From an uncultured delta proteobacterium (lineage in GTDB: Bacteria; Myxococcota_A; Polyangia; Polyangiales; Polyangiaceae): 64,000 bases of DNA. The notes under the pieces are model-generated. The model was not told the DNA's origin and did no database searches. It worked only from the letters and a program-made list of their open reading frames with translations. Position 1 is the stretch's first letter. The number at the start of each line of letters is the position of its first letter. The DNA lies in the NCBI GenBank assembly GCA_963841435.1, contig CAWJCS010000006.1, forward strand, positions 1,152,001 to 1,216,000, in the 5' to 3' direction. Below are positions 18,352 to 29,487 of this stretch, one piece after another. Made by a program: the position numbers and the translations under genes.

Positions 18352-20610
18352 CTAGGGATCCAGCGCGATGTCGGCCACGTCGCTGCCGAGGTGGCCGAGG
18401 CGTTGCACCTTCAGACGATCGCTTGCGATCGAATACACGAGCTCATCGAGGAAGAGGCTGCGCTTGACCAGGCTCGTCGCGTTCGACCACCAGGTGGAGC
18501 AACCCACGCCGGCCTTGCCGTGGTCGATACCGCCGAGCCGCTCGAAGCCCCGCTCGATATCGACGCGGTAGACGAGCAGCCCACTGAACGAGAGCTCGTT
18601 GCCGTTCGTGCCGTCGCCGCCACCTTTGCAGATCGTCATGGGCAGGGCGAGCAGCCCGCGCTCGGCGAAGTAGTTGAAGGCGAGGTGGTTCGTGGCGGCC
18701 TCCGAGCTCGAGCCGCGCGTGCCGATCTTTTCTTTGTGAAGAAGCCGCGGCTCCATCGGGTTTTTCACGTCGAAGAGCTGCAGGATCAGCCCGTCGAAGT
18801 AGGCGAAGCTTCCGTGGTCGTCGGCGTCGAAGCCGATCGAGAGCAAGTGGGTCGCGTCGAGGCGGTGAATGTAGCTCGAAAACCCTGGGATCTTGAGCTC
18901 GCCGAGCACGCGTGGGGCGTCCGGTCGATACAGGTCGAGCACGAACAGCGGGTCGGTCTTCTTGAAGGTGACGACGTAGCCGCGCTCCTCGTCGAAGCGC
19001 ACGGAGCGGATGTCCTCGCCTTTCCCGAGCCCCTCGACGGCGCCCACGCGCACGAGATTGCCGCCCGGTGCTTCCGCGAGGATCGACACGGCGCTCTCGA
19101 CGTTCGGGTCCGGAACGCGGCCGCGCGTCGTCGCGATGCGAAGGTACCCGTAGTACTGGTCCATCGCGAATTGATTGAGCACGTGGCCCGGCACGACACC
19201 GCTGCCGACGTAGCGCGTCGCGGCGGGGCGCTCGCCGATGCGAAACTTGTGCACGTCGCTCACCTCGTCGACGCTCGGGTAAAAGGAGTACCAGCCGCGC
19301 CCGGCGCGACGCCCGGAGCCGCCGCGCTGGTGGGTCACCGAGAGGTAGAGCGCGTCCGCGGAGGCGAACACCGCTCCCGGACGGCTCATCACGGTGGCGG
19401 TGGTGGCGGGTGCGCCGTCGTCCTTCATGTCGAACGAAACGAGCGTCGTGAACGCGCTGCCGTCGTCGATCGCCGAGGTGAGCAGGTGGTTGCAGAGCGG
19501 CGTCTCCACGCCGTGGTCCCACAGGGTGGGGATAGCGCTCGTGGCACGGATTTTCCGCTCGTTTTCCCGCTCGAGCTCGGCGAAGCGTTGCCTCACGCGC
19601 GCCTCCTTCGTGCCGCACATCTCGAGTCCCTGGGGCCAGGTGTCGTAGATGGGCGCGTCGCCGTCGCCGTCGCTCACGACGGTGTGCACGGCGTCGCCGA
19701 TGCGGCGCGCCGCGATGAACGACCCGGACAGGCGAATCTCACGCGTGAGCCGTGGCGCCTCGCGCTTCTCCACGTCGAAAACGAGGATCTTGGTCCGGGT
19801 GCCGTCACCGGCGAACGTACAATCGTAGCCGTAGGTGCAGGGCTCCCTCGCGTTGCCGCCGTCGCTCGTGTAGACGACGGCGCGGTCGCCCTCGAGAAAG
19901 AGGTCGCGCACGCTGCCGCCAAGCTTCGTGACGGAGACGACGCGCGGCGAGAGCGCCTCGACGATGCGCAGGGCGCCGTTCATCACCAGGTACACGTAGC
20001 GGCCGTCGGTCTTGACGATGTCGGCCTCGTCGACGCTCGCGACCTGGTTGTTCGTGCCGGACGCGCTTGCCGCCTTGCGCGGGCCCACGGCGGCGCCGTA
20101 GCCGACCGTGCCGAGCGTACCGAGCCCGACGCCCTCACCGTAGCCGCCTCCGCCCTCGCCGATCCCGGAAAGCCCGAGCCCACCCGAGCCGTAGCTCTCG
20201 CCAATATCTTGGAACTGTAGCCAACATGTTGGCTGCTCGTTCGCCCAGTTGCGGAACGACTCCTTGAGCTCTTCACGCATGCGCCGGATGCGCTCCGTTG
20301 CGATTCTCGCGCGCGTCGCCGCGAGGTCGCTGCACGATGCCGTCGCGAGCCGTGCTTCGGCGAGTGCCGCCGTCGGCTCACCGGGCCGTGCGAGCGTGAC
20401 GACCGGGGGCGGCGGGAGCGGAGCCGGCGCGACGGCGGGCGTCGCCTTTCGTGGCACGGCGCCCGGGGTATTGGGCGCCCGTGCGCCTGCCTGCGCAACG
20501 CCCGAGCCAGGGGGCGCACCCTGCGCCCGGGGGAGCGCGTTGCAGGCAGCCGTGCCGATGAAAGACAAAGCAAGGGCGAGCGCGCCCCGAGCGCGGTGTG
20601 AAGCCATCAT
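18352..20610 (-). CDS. Secreted beta-propeller domain lipoprotein (Beta_propel family)
   Basis: Lipobox TAAC; TNNQVASVDEADIVKTDG, LNQFAMD, VTFKKTDPLF, GELKIPGFSSYIH motifs. Confidence 0.88.
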   Translation of the reverse strand: MMASHRARGALALALSFIGTAACNALPRAQGAPPGSGVAQAGARAPNTPGAVPRKATPAVAPAPLPPPPVVTLARPGEPTAALAEARLATASCSDLAATRARIATERIRRMREELKESFRNWANEQPTCWLQFQDIGESYGSGGLGLSGIGEGGGGYGEGVGLGTLGTVGYGAAVGPRKAASASGTNNQVASVDEADIVKTDGRYVYLVMNGALRIVEALSPRVVSVTKLGGSVRDLFLEGDRAVVYTSDGGNAREPCTYGYDCTFAGDGTRTKILVFDVEKREAPRLTREIRLSGSFIAARRIGDAVHTVVSDGDGDAPIYDTWPQGLEMCGTKEARVRQRFAELERENERKIRATSAIPTLWDHGVETPLCNHLLTSAIDDGSAFTTLVSFDMKDDGAPATTATVMSRPGAVFASADALYLSVTHQRGGSGRRAGRGWYSFYPSVDEVSDVHKFRIGERPAATRYVGSGVVPGHVLNQFAMDQYYGYLRIATTRGRVPDPNVESAVSILAEAPGGNLVRVGAVEGLGKGEDIRSVRFDEERGYVVTFKKTDPLFVLDLYRPDAPRVLGELKIPGFSSYIHRLDATHLLSIGFDADDHGSFAYFDGLILQLFDVKNPMEPRLLHKEKIGTRGSSSEAATNHLAFNYFAERGLLALPMTICKGGGDGTNGNELSFSGLLVYRVDIERGFERLGGIDHGKAGVGCSTWWSNATSLVKRSLFLDELVYSIASDRLKVQRLGHLGSDVADIALDP

Positions 20611-20685
20611 GCCAATCGTGACACCCTGCCGGGCCCGGAGTTCCAGGCTCCGTCGGCAGCGCGAACGTGCGCCGATGTGGGACGC

Positions 20686-21072
20686 TCACGATCGCGCCGA
20701 AAGCTCGGCGACGAGCCGAGCGTTGGCCGGGGGAAAATCCAAACAGGAAAGCTCCGCCGTCGTCACCCAGCGAAGCTCGTCCACCTCGCGGGTCTCGCCG
20801 TCACCCTCGACCCAGTCGCAGTCGACGGGATGAAGCCGCACGCGTCGCTCGGGGTAGTCCCAATCGATCGGCTGTCGCACGGCGCGGGCGCGTGCGACGA
20901 CGCCCGTCTCTTCCTCGACCTCGCGCATCGCCGCCGCGAGCGCCGTTTCACCCGGGCCGAGCTTGCCCCCTGGAAACTCCCAGTGTCCGCCGAGGTGTGT
21001 CCCCGCGCGTCGCCGCGTGACGAGCAGCCGCTCGCCCCGCCACACGAGCGCGATGGCGACCTCGACGATCAT
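20686..21072 (-). CDS. mutT: 8-oxo-dGTP diphosphatase (MutT-type NUDIX)
   Basis: [12 protein letters not shown]...[13 protein letters not shown]; 4-nt overlap with the mutY stop. Confidence 0.85.
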   Translation of the reverse strand: MIVEVAIALVWRGERLLVTRRRAGTHLGGHWEFPGGKLGPGETALAAAMREVEEETGVVARARAVRQPIDWDYPERRVRLHPVDCDWVEGDGETREVDELRWVTTAELSCLDFPPANARLVAELSARS

Positions 21073-22154
21073 GCGCGCTCCCCCTCGGTAGCGACGAGCC
21101 GCGCCAGCCTGCGGTGCGGCGACGGCATGGCAAGCTCGGAGAACTCCTCGAGCTCGTGAAACGCATACCGCACGCGCGGTCGCCCGCGAACCACGGTGGC
21201 CTCGTGCGCTTCGAGCGTGATGTGATGGCGGGTGATCGTGTGCTCGAGGCGAGCCATCCTTGCGCCGACGCGCACGCTGAGCCCCGCCTCGCGCGCCGCG
21301 CGCTGCGCCCCGGCCTCGGGCGTCTCACCCCGCGCGAGCTCGACGAACGGAAACGTAAAGAGCCCCGCCCAGCGCGGCGCGTCTCGCGGCTGCTCGGCGA
21401 CGAGCACCGCCGAACGCCGGCGCACGATGACGGCCGCCGTGCGCACGGCCGTCGGTGCGGCTCGTGCAGCGAGCTCGGGCAAACGCTCGACGAGGCCGTC
21501 GCGCTTGGCGGCGCAGCGCCGCGAGACCGGGCAGCGTTCGCAGGCCGGCGCACGCGGCGTGCACACCGTGGCGCCGAGCTCCATGAGCGCCTGATTGAAA
21601 TCACCGGGACGCGCCGCCGGCACGAGCTCGCGTGCGAGCGCCCAGAGTCGCGCCTTGAGCGGCGCGCGCGCCGGATCGCCGCGCAGCCCGAACAGCCTCG
21701 TCAGCACGCGGACGACGTTTCCGTCCACGACCGGCTCTCGCTCCCCGAACGCGATGCTCGCGACCGCACCCGCCGTGTACGCGCCGAGGCCCGGCAAGCG
21801 TTCGAGCTCTTCGCGCGTCGCCGGCAGCCGCCCGCCGTGCTGCATTTCGAGGGCTTTCGCCGCGGCATGCAGCCGCCGCGCTCGCGCGTAGTAGCCGAGC
21901 CCCTGCCAGGCGTGCAAAACGTCCCGCTCCGGTGCGCGCGCGAGCGCCCCGACGTCCGGGAAGCGGCGCATCCACTCCCCGTAATAGCGGAGCACGGTGG
22001 TGACCTGCGTCTGCTGGAGCATTACCTCGCTGACGAGCACGGCGTACGGGTCCCGCGTATCTCGGAAGGGGAGCTTTCGCGCGTGGCGATCATAGAAGCG
22101 AAGCAAGCTCCGGCGGAGCTCGCCGTGGAGCGCGTCGTAGGGAGGTCGGCGCAA
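21069..22154 (-). CDS. mutY: A/G-specific adenine glycosylase
   Basis: [22 protein letters not shown], Hh[17 protein letters not shown], [4Fe-4S] C-x6-C-x2-C-x5-C. Confidence 0.96.
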   Translation of the reverse strand: MRRPPYDALHGELRRSLLRFYDRHARKLPFRDTRDPYAVLVSEVMLQQTQVTTVLRYYGEWMRRFPDVGALARAPERDVLHAWQGLGYYARARRLHAAAKALEMQHGGRLPATREELERLPGLGAYTAGAVASIAFGEREPVVDGNVVRVLTRLFGLRGDPARAPLKARLWALARELVPAARPGDFNQALMELGATVCTPRAPACERCPVSRRCAAKRDGLVERLPELAARAAPTAVRTAAVIVRRRSAVLVAEQPRDAPRWAGLFTFPFVELARGETPEAGAQRAAREAGLSVRVGARMARLEHTITRHHITLEAHEATVVRGRPRVRYAFHELEEFSELAMPSPHRRLARLVATEGERA

Positions 22155-22201
22155 GGCGACGCGAGGGTAATTTTACTGCTGGCGGAAGGCTACCCCGCGT
22201 G
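22136..22201 (+). repeat. Diverged direct repeat, copy 1 (mutY start plus intergenic region)
   Basis: cgtaggg...cgcaagg..cgcgagggt-aattttactgctggcggaaggctaccccgcgtg matches 23739-23805 at about 54/67 positions (manual alignment). Confidence 0.8.
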
Positions 22202-22262
22202 TAAACATCCGTGGCCGCTACACGAGCGACGCCACCGAGCGAGCCGTTCTCAGAACGACACC

Positions 22263-23338
22263 ATGAGCCGCGACCGCCGAAGCACGAAGCGCCTGCTCGT
22301 TACGGGATCATCCGGCCTGATCGGGTCGGAGGTGACCACGTATTTCGCGGCGCAGGGCTGGGAGGTCCACGGTGCCGACAACAACGGCCGCGCGCTGTTC
22401 TTCGGGCCGAAGGGCGACACGCGCTGGAACCAAGTCGCGGCTGGTGGCCGACAATCCGAGGGTTTTCCCACCACGAGGTCGACATTCGCGACCGAGCCGC
22501 CGTGCTCGCGTTGCTGGAGGCCGTGCAGCCCGACGCCGTCGTGCACACCGCCGCCCAGCCGTCCCACGATCTCGCGGCCAGCATGCCGTTCGAGGATTTC
22601 GACACCAACGCCGTGGGCACCCTGAACGTCGTCGAGGCCATGCGTCGGTTCACGCCCGAGGCACCACTCGTGCACCTCTCGACCAACAAGGTCTACGGCG
22701 ACGCGCCCAACGAGCTGCCGCTCGTCGAGCAACAAACCCGCTGGGAGTACGCCCGGCCCGAGGATCGCGGCGGCATCGCCGAGACCATGCGCATCGATCG
22801 CTCCAAGCACTCGCTCTTCGGCGCGTCCAAGGTGGCGGCCGACATCGTCGTGCAGGAGTACGGCCGCTACTTCGGCATGAAGACCTGCTGCCTCCGAGGC
22901 GGCTGCCTGACGGGGCCCAACCACTCGGGCGTGGAGCTCCACGGTTTTCTCTCGTACCTCGTCCGCTGCAACGTGGCCGGGGATCGCTACACCGTCTACG
23001 GGTACAAGGGGAAACAGGTGCGCGACAACATCCACGCCCTCGACGTCGCGCGCTTCGCTCACGCCTTCATCGAGAAGCCGCGATCGGGTGAAGTCTACAA
23101 CCTCGGGGGAGGTCGCGAGAACTCCTGCTCCATCCTCGAAGCGTTCTCGCTAGCGGAGCAGGTCTCCGGCAAGAAGATGGTCCACGACTACGTGGAGCAG
23201 AACCGGGAAGGGGACCACATCTGCTACATCAGCGACCTCTCGAAGATGAAGGCGCACTATCCGGGCTGGGGGATCACGAAAAGTCTCGTCAACATCTTCG
23301 ACGAGATCCATCGGTCCTGGAGGGCGCGCCTTGCGTGA
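22263..23338 (+). CDS. NAD-dependent sugar epimerase/dehydratase (CDP-paratose 2-epimerase-like); frameshifted near 22432-22455
   Basis: [11 protein letters not shown]ossmann motif in one frame; [31 protein letters not shown] in another. Two apparent extra A's join the frames. Confidence 0.85.
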
Positions 23339-23564
23339 GGCGGCGGATCCCGGGGCGTATCGCCAGCTCCTCATGATCAACGAGTACCCGCCCTCCACCG
23401 TGGCAGGGGCTCCCGTGATCGCCCGACAGCTGCTCCGCTATTATCCGCCCGAGAAGCTCGACGTGGTCTGCTGCGCCTCCTGGTACAATCGAGCCACGCC
23501 CACGGTCCGCGAGACGACTACGCGTGCGAGTAGGCGATGCAAAGCCGGCCGGGGCGCGCGCTAA
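23331..23564 (+). pseudogene. Truncated N-terminal fragment of a glycosyltransferase (GT4-like)
   Basis: LLMINEYPPSTVAGAPVIARQL resembles a GT-B N-terminal strand/loop; coding-like pattern is lost after about 23520; overlaps the epimerase stop. Confidence 0.55.
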
Positions 23565-23738
23565 GTGCCGAGCTCGGGTCCCCCGAAGGTCGCCTCGCCG
23601 AACGGAGGGTCCGCAGGGGGGCAGCAGGCAGCCGGGATCTCCCGGGTCCAGGTGAGCGAGAGGCTCATCCCGGAGACAGTGCTGGGCTCGGGGCTCCTGT
23701 TCGGTGAGCAGTACGTGCCCGTGCTGCTCGCATCTCGG

Positions 23739-23805
23739 CGTAGGGGCGGTCTCGCAAGGGGGCGCGAGGGTTAATTTTGCTAGTGGCGGAAAGCTACCCC
23801 GCGTG
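23739..23805 (+). repeat. Diverged direct repeat, copy 2
   Basis: cgtaggg...cgcaagg..cgcgagggttaattttgctagtggcggaaagctaccccgcgtg; see copy 1. Confidence 0.8.
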
Positions 23806-23810
23806 AGAGC

Positions 23811-24947
23811 ATGACGCTTCGCACGATGGCGGCTCCGCTCGTCGTTTCCCTGGACGCAATCCGCACCGACGGCTGGTTCGAGCGGGTGGGCGAGGGGATC
23901 GGTAGCTTTCAGGCGCTCTGCGAGATCGTCGGCGCGCGGTTTTTTGCGTTCGCCATGATCACGGGCGCCCGCATCACGTCGCTCACGGTCGACCGGCGCG
24001 TCCCCGAAAATACGCTGGTCGAGTTCGCCGTGGGTGCGGACGAGGACGCAGGCGTCGCCGGTGAGCCGCAGCGGCTCTCGCTCGGGGAGTTCCGGCATCG
24101 TCTCGTGAATGCGCTCGTCATCGACGAGCCACACGGCCCCGCGCCCAAGCGGGCGACCGACCTCGAGGCCGTGCAGCTGCACATCGGCGTCCGCTACCTC
24201 TTGCTCGCGCCGCTCTATGGCTACGCGCTGCACGAGCTCCGCGTCGGCCCCGACGGCACGCAGATCGTCCTTTTGCACGATGGCATCGAGGAAAGCTACC
24301 CGCTGCCCGCGTTTCGGGCGCGGATCCGCACCCACGTGCGCGAAGAGCTCGAGCGCATTCGCAGGCCCGCGGCCCGCAGCGCCATCGATCTCGGGCGCGT
24401 CGCCGAGGCCGCCGAAGCCGCAGAGCACGGGGAGCACGTTCGCGTGCTCGAGCTGCTTGGCCCGTGGCCCGCCCCGCTGGCCATCTTCCTTCGCACCCCC
24501 GAGGGGCAGCTTTTGAACCCCGACGCCCGCGCCACGATCGCCAAGGGGCTCGGTCTGCTCGGCAGCTCCTGCATCGCGCTCGGCGAGAACGGCAAGGGCG
24601 AGGAGATCCTGCGGCTCGGCATTCAGTACGCCGCCGAAGGGGAGGCGGCTCCGGACCTCTTCCTGCGCCTCGGCGAAGCCATGTTCGGCGATGGGCGCGC
24701 CGGTGAGGCGATTGGGCCGTTGCGTCGCGCCGCGAACCTCGGCGCCGAGCCGGCGCGGGTCTGGGCGATGCTCGCGAGGGCGTTCTCGACGCGCCGCCGC
24801 CACCTCGCAGCGCTCGGCGCCGTGCTCGAGGCCCGCGCTGCCGGCGCCTCCGAGGAGGAGCTCGAGGACGTCGTCGAGCGCGTTCGGGAAACCCTGGGCG
24901 GTGCCTACGAACGCTGGCAAGCCGCGCTCGGCACCGCGGCCGAATAG
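23811..24947 (+). CDS. Hypothetical protein with C-terminal TPR-like helices
   Basis: 378-aa clean ORF; helical repeats LFLRLGEAMF...AIGPLRRA, VWAMLARAF. Confidence 0.7.
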   Translation: MTLRTMAAPLVVSLDAIRTDGWFERVGEGIGSFQALCEIVGARFFAFAMITGARITSLTVDRRVPENTLVEFAVGADEDAGVAGEPQRLSLGEFRHRLVNALVIDEPHGPAPKRATDLEAVQLHIGVRYLLLAPLYGYALHELRVGPDGTQIVLLHDGIEESYPLPAFRARIRTHVREELERIRRPAARSAIDLGRVAEAAEAAEHGEHVRVLELLGPWPAPLAIFLRTPEGQLLNPDARATIAKGLGLLGSSCIALGENGKGEEILRLGIQYAAEGEAAPDLFLRLGEAMFGDGRAGEAIGPLRRAANLGAEPARVWAMLARAFSTRRRHLAALGAVLEARAAGASEEELEDVVERVRETLGGAYERWQAALGTAAE

Positions 24948-25019
24948 GAGCTCGTTGGGCGGGTGCCGGCAGGGCGCCGGTGCCATTTCGCCCCCCCTGC
25001 GCGCTCGGCCCCCCGCCGA

Positions 25020-25049
25020 TTGACAGCACCTCGGGCGTGGCACTAGATA
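25020..25049 (+). promoter_or_regulatory. Putative sigma70 promoter of the nuo operon
   Basis: Perfect TTGACA at 25020-25025, 18-nt spacer, TAGATA. Confidence 0.45.
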
Positions 25050-25116
25050 GCCCGGCGTTTCGCTGCCGGGTCCCCGCGTGATTTCGTGGACTTGGCGTAC
25101 CGAGCGCCCCCCAAAC

Positions 25117-25476
25117 ATGTTCGCCACCTACCTCCCGCTCCTCGTCACGTTCCTCTTGGTGGGGATCATCTGCTCCGTCATGTTCCTCGGCGGGCAGCTC
25201 GTCGGGCCCAAGAACCCGACCCCCGAAAAGATGATGCCGTTCGAGTGCGGCAACGATACGCCCGGTTCCGGCGGCACTCGCATGAGCGTGAAATTCTATC
25301 TGACCGCAATCCTGTTCGTGGTCTTCGATATCGAGGTCGTCTTCATGTACCCATGGGCGGCGCTCTTCCGCGGTCTCGGCTGGTCGGGGTTTTTCACGAT
25401 GTTCGGCTTCATCGTGGCGCTGGTCGTCGCCCTCGCGTACTGCTGGAAGAAAGGAGCGCTCGAATGGGAGAACTGA
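25117..25476 (+). CDS. nuoA: NADH-quinone oxidoreductase subunit A
   Basis: [38 protein letters not shown]. Confidence 0.96.
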   Translation: MFATYLPLLVTFLLVGIICSVMFLGGQLVGPKNPTPEKMMPFECGNDTPGSGGTRMSVKFYLTAILFVVFDIEVVFMYPWAALFRGLGWSGFFTMFGFIVALVVALAYCWKKGALEWEN

Positions 25477-26055
25477 AAGGTCCCCCGACCGAAATCCTCT
25501 CGCCCGGCGACGGCCAGGGCTTCGCGACCACGCGGCTCGAGTCGATGCTCGCGTGGGCGCAGAAGTACTCGCTTTTCATGTACCCCTTCGTCACCGCCTG
25601 CTGCGGGATGGAGTTCATGGCGGTTTCGAGCCCGCGCTACGATTTTTCCCGCTTCGGCTCCGAGGCGCCGCGTTTTTCACCGCGCCAGGCCGACCTTTTG
25701 TGGGTGGTCGGCACGATCATGCAGCGGCAGGCGCCGATTCTGCGCCGCATCTACGAACAGATGGCCGAGCCCAAGTGGGTGCTCGCGTTCGGCACCTGCG
25801 CGTCGTGCGGCGGCTTCTACGACAACTACGCCTGTGTCGCCGGGCATCGACAAGATCATCCCCTGCGACGTCTACGTGCCGGGCTGCCCGCCGCGACCGG
25901 AAGCCGTGCTCGACGGCCTGCTGCTCCTGCAGGACAAGATCCAGCGCGGCGACAAGCGCCCCGCCATCGTGAAGCCGCGTCACGATCCGGTTGACGATCA
26001 GAACCTCGGCCTGGTGCAGCTCCGGCGCTCGCGCCCATCGCGTTCTTCGGTGTGA
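25464..26055 (+). CDS. nuoB: NADH-quinone oxidoreductase subunit B (frameshift near 25840)
   Basis: [23 protein letters not shown], then [21 protein letters not shown] in another frame. Confidence 0.93.
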
Positions 26056-26056
26056 G

Positions 26057-26649
26057 ATGGCAAAGGCGCTCGTCGAGCTGTTGAAAAGGCAGTTCCCGGC
26101 CGACGTCCTCGAGACCCATTCGCTCGCGGGCGACGAGACCGTGGTCGTCTACGCCGCGCGCTGGAAAGAGGTCGCGCGCTTTCTGCGCGACGAGCCGCGC
26201 GCCGACATGAGCATGCTCGTGGACCTCACGGCGGTCGACTACCCGGATCGCACACGCCGCGCTTCGAGGTCGTGGCGCACCTGTTCTCGCTCGCAAAGGG
26301 CCACCGCCTGCGCCTCAAGGCGCGCGTGGGCGGCCCCGAGGGCGAGGACGCGGAGATCGACAGCCTGACCGAGCTCTGGGCGAGCGCGAACTGGTTCGAG
26401 CGCGAGTGCTGGGACATGTTCGGCGTGCGCTTCAGGGGCCACCCCGATCTGCGCCGCATCCTGCTGTACCCCGAGTTCGAGGGGCACCCGCTGCGCAAGG
26501 ACTACCCGGCCGATCGCATCCAGCCGCTCGTCCCGTACCGCGAGGTGCCGAACATCGACAAGCTCGCGCCGTTCGGTCCCGACGAGGGCATGTCGTTCGG
26601 CCGCCAGACGTTCGCGCATCGCGCCGACGACGAAGACGACGTGAACTGA
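26057..26649 (+). CDS. nuoC: NADH-quinone oxidoreductase subunit C (frameshift near 26253)
   Basis: DLTAVDYP; ANWFERECWDMFGVRFRGHPDLRRIL...GHPLRKDYP. Confidence 0.93.
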
Positions 26650-27867
26650 TGGAACCCATCGATCAAGAGCTGGATCTTCCGAGCTCGAGCTGCCCGCCGA
26701 CCCGATGCTGCTCAACGTGGGCCCGGCGCACCCGGCGATGCACGGCACCGTGCGTATCGTCATGGAGCTTTCGGGCGAGTCGATCGAGCGCTGCGACGTG
26801 CAGGTCGGCTACTTGCACCGCGGCTTCGAGAAGATGTGCGAGCGCGGCACCTGGACGCAGGTGTTCCCCTACGTCGATCGCTGCAACTACGTCTCGCCGA
26901 TGCTCAACAACGTGGGCTTCGCGCTGGCCTGCGAGAAGCTGCTCGGCATCACCGTGCCCGAGCGCTGCCAGTGGTACCGGATGGCACTCGGCGAGCTCGC
27001 GCGCATGTCCGACCACCTCACTTGCGACGGCGCCATGGCCATGGAGCTCGGCGCGTTCACGCCGTTTCTCTGGATGATCAAGGGCCGCGAGATGATCTGG
27101 GACCTCATGGAGGAGGAGACCGGCGCGCGCCTGACCCACAGCTTCGGGCGCGTCGGCGGCATGGCGAACCCCCCGACCGACCGGTTTCAAGGAGCAGGCG
27201 CGCGCCGTCGCAAGCACATCCTCGACGATCATCGCCGAGGTCGAGCGCCTGTTGCTCGGCAACCGCATCTTCCTCGACCGCCTCGAAGGCGTCGGCGTCA
27301 TGCCGCCCGAAGACGCGATCTCGCTCGGCTGGACGGGGCCGTGCCTGCGCGCCGCCGGCGTGCCGTACGACGTGCGCAAGTCGCATCCCTACATGAAGTA
27401 CGGCGAGGTCGAGTTCGACGTGCCCGTGGGGCAGGCCGAGCGACTGCTTCGATCGCTTCATGGTGCGCATCGAGGAGATCCGGCAGAGCGCGCAGCATCA
27501 TCGAGCAGTGCCTCGAGCGGATGCGCCGACTCGGGCCCCGTCAACGTCGACGACCCGCGCGTCATCCTGCCGCCCAAGGAAGACGTCTACACGACGATCG
27601 AAGGGACCATCCAGCACTTCAAGATCGTGATGGAGGGGCTCAAGCTCCCGGCCGGCGAGGTCTACTCGTACACCGAGGGCGGCAACGGCGAGCTCGGCTT
27701 CTATCATCGTGAGCGACGGCAGCGGCACGCCGTACCGCGTGCGCATCCGGCCGCCCTGCTTCTACGTGACCGGTGGTCTCGAACGCATCATCACCGGCGC
27801 GATGATGGCCGACGTCGTGCCGAGCTTCGGCTCGCTCAACATGATCGGCGGCGAGTGCGACCGCTGA
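26649..27867 (+). CDS. nuoD: NADH-quinone oxidoreductase subunit D (several frameshifts)
   Basis: [44 protein letters not shown], ends [12 protein letters not shown]. Confidence 0.92.
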
Positions 27868-27899
27868 GGGCGCTAGCCCCCTTGTTTCCGAGCACCAGT

Positions 27900-29487
27900 A
27901 TGCCCTCGTTCAAGCTCGACGAAAACGACATCCCCTTCGAGCCCGGTGACACGATCATCCGGGCGGCCCAGCGCGCGGGGGTCGACATCCCGCACTACTG
28001 CTGGCATCCGGGCCTGAGCGTCGCGGCGAACTGCCGCATGTGCCTCGTCGAGGTCATGCCCCCGCCGGGCCGGCCCGCGATGATGCTCGACGTGCTCGAG
28101 TGGGACGCGGAAAAGGGCGAGTACGTTCCGCAGAAGAAGCCGAAGCTCCAGCCCGCGTGCCAGTTCGCCGCCGCCGACGGGCATGGTCGTCAAGAGCCAG
28201 TCGAGCCCGCACGTCGAGCGCGCGCGCTCCGCCGTGCAGGAGCTCCTGCTCCTCAACCACCCGGTCGATTGCCCGATCTGCGATCAGGCGGGCGAGTGCC
28301 GGCTCCAGGACTACTGGCTCGAGCACCAGCGCGCGAAGAAGCGCATGCGCGACGAGCCCGTGCACAAGCCGAAGGCCGTCGTGTTCGGCCCGACCATCGT
28401 CTACGACGCCGAGCGCTGCATCGTGTGCACGCGCTGCATCCGCTTCTGCGAAGAGGTGGCGAAGGATCCCGTGCTCAGCGTGCGCGAGCGCGGCAACCTG
28501 AACGAGATCGTCGTCTCGCCGGGCCGACAGCTCGACCACGCCTACACGCTCATGACCGAGTACGTGTGCCCGGTCGGCGCGCTCACCGCCGTCGATTTCC
28601 GCTTCAAGGCGCGCGTCTGGTTCCTGCGCTCGGCGCGGAGCATCTGCGTCGGCTGCGCCACGGGCTGCAACGCCTTCACCGACTACGATCCGCGCGACGA
28701 ACGAGGTCTACCGCTACCGTCCGCGCGAGAACCTCGACGTCAACAAGTACTGGATGTGCGACGAGGGCATGCTCGACTACCGCCGCGTCAAGGAGGGGCG
28801 CGTGGTCCAGGCGCGCGTCTCCAAGCAGCCGGCGACGCCACAAGCCGCGCTCGCGAAGGCCTACGAGCTCTTCGCCTCGGCTCCCGCGGCGACGACGGCC
28901 GTCGTGCTTTCGGCCGAGCATTCGCTCGAGGACAACTTCGCGGTCTTCGAGCTCGCGCGCGACGTGCTCAAGATCGAGAACGTCTTCTTGGCGGGGCGCC
29001 CCTCGGGTCAGGGCGACCAGGTGCTCAAGGATTCCGACAAGAAACCCGAACGGTGCGGGCGTGCGGCGGCTCGCCCCGCAGGCCAAATCGTTCGCGGAGC
29101 TCGTGCTCGAGGTCGAGGCTGGCCGCATCACGCACCTCCTGGCGCTCGGCTCGCAAACGCCCGCGCCCGCACCGGTGCTCTCGCGCGTCGCGCACATCGT
29201 CTCGCTGTCGTCGCACCAGGGCCCGCTGTCGGACCACGCCGAGGTGCTGCTGCCCGCGGCGAGCTTGGCCGAGGCGCACGGTACCTTCGTCAACACGAAC
29301 GGGCTGATGCAGGAAAGCGAGCGAGCCGTCCCGCCGCGCGGTGAAGCACGCCCCGCATTCCGCTGGGTCCACGAGCTTCGCACGCTGTTCGACAGGCCAC
29401 CGTCGTGGCGCAAGCTCGGAGAGCTCGCGCGCGCTCTTGCGCCCCGAGGGCGCGGCCGCCCGGGAAGGCGCGAGTGCCCAGCCATGA
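27900..29487 (+). CDS. nuoG: NADH-quinone oxidoreductase subunit G, shortened (several frameshifts)
   Basis: [62 protein letters not shown]...GTFVN; about 530 aa. End inferred from the ATGA overlap with nuoH. Confidence 0.85.

Noticed and set aside
23565-23774. 69-aa ORF inside the insert
   Set aside because: No RBS, atypical codon usage, and it runs into the repeat; likely non-coding remnant.
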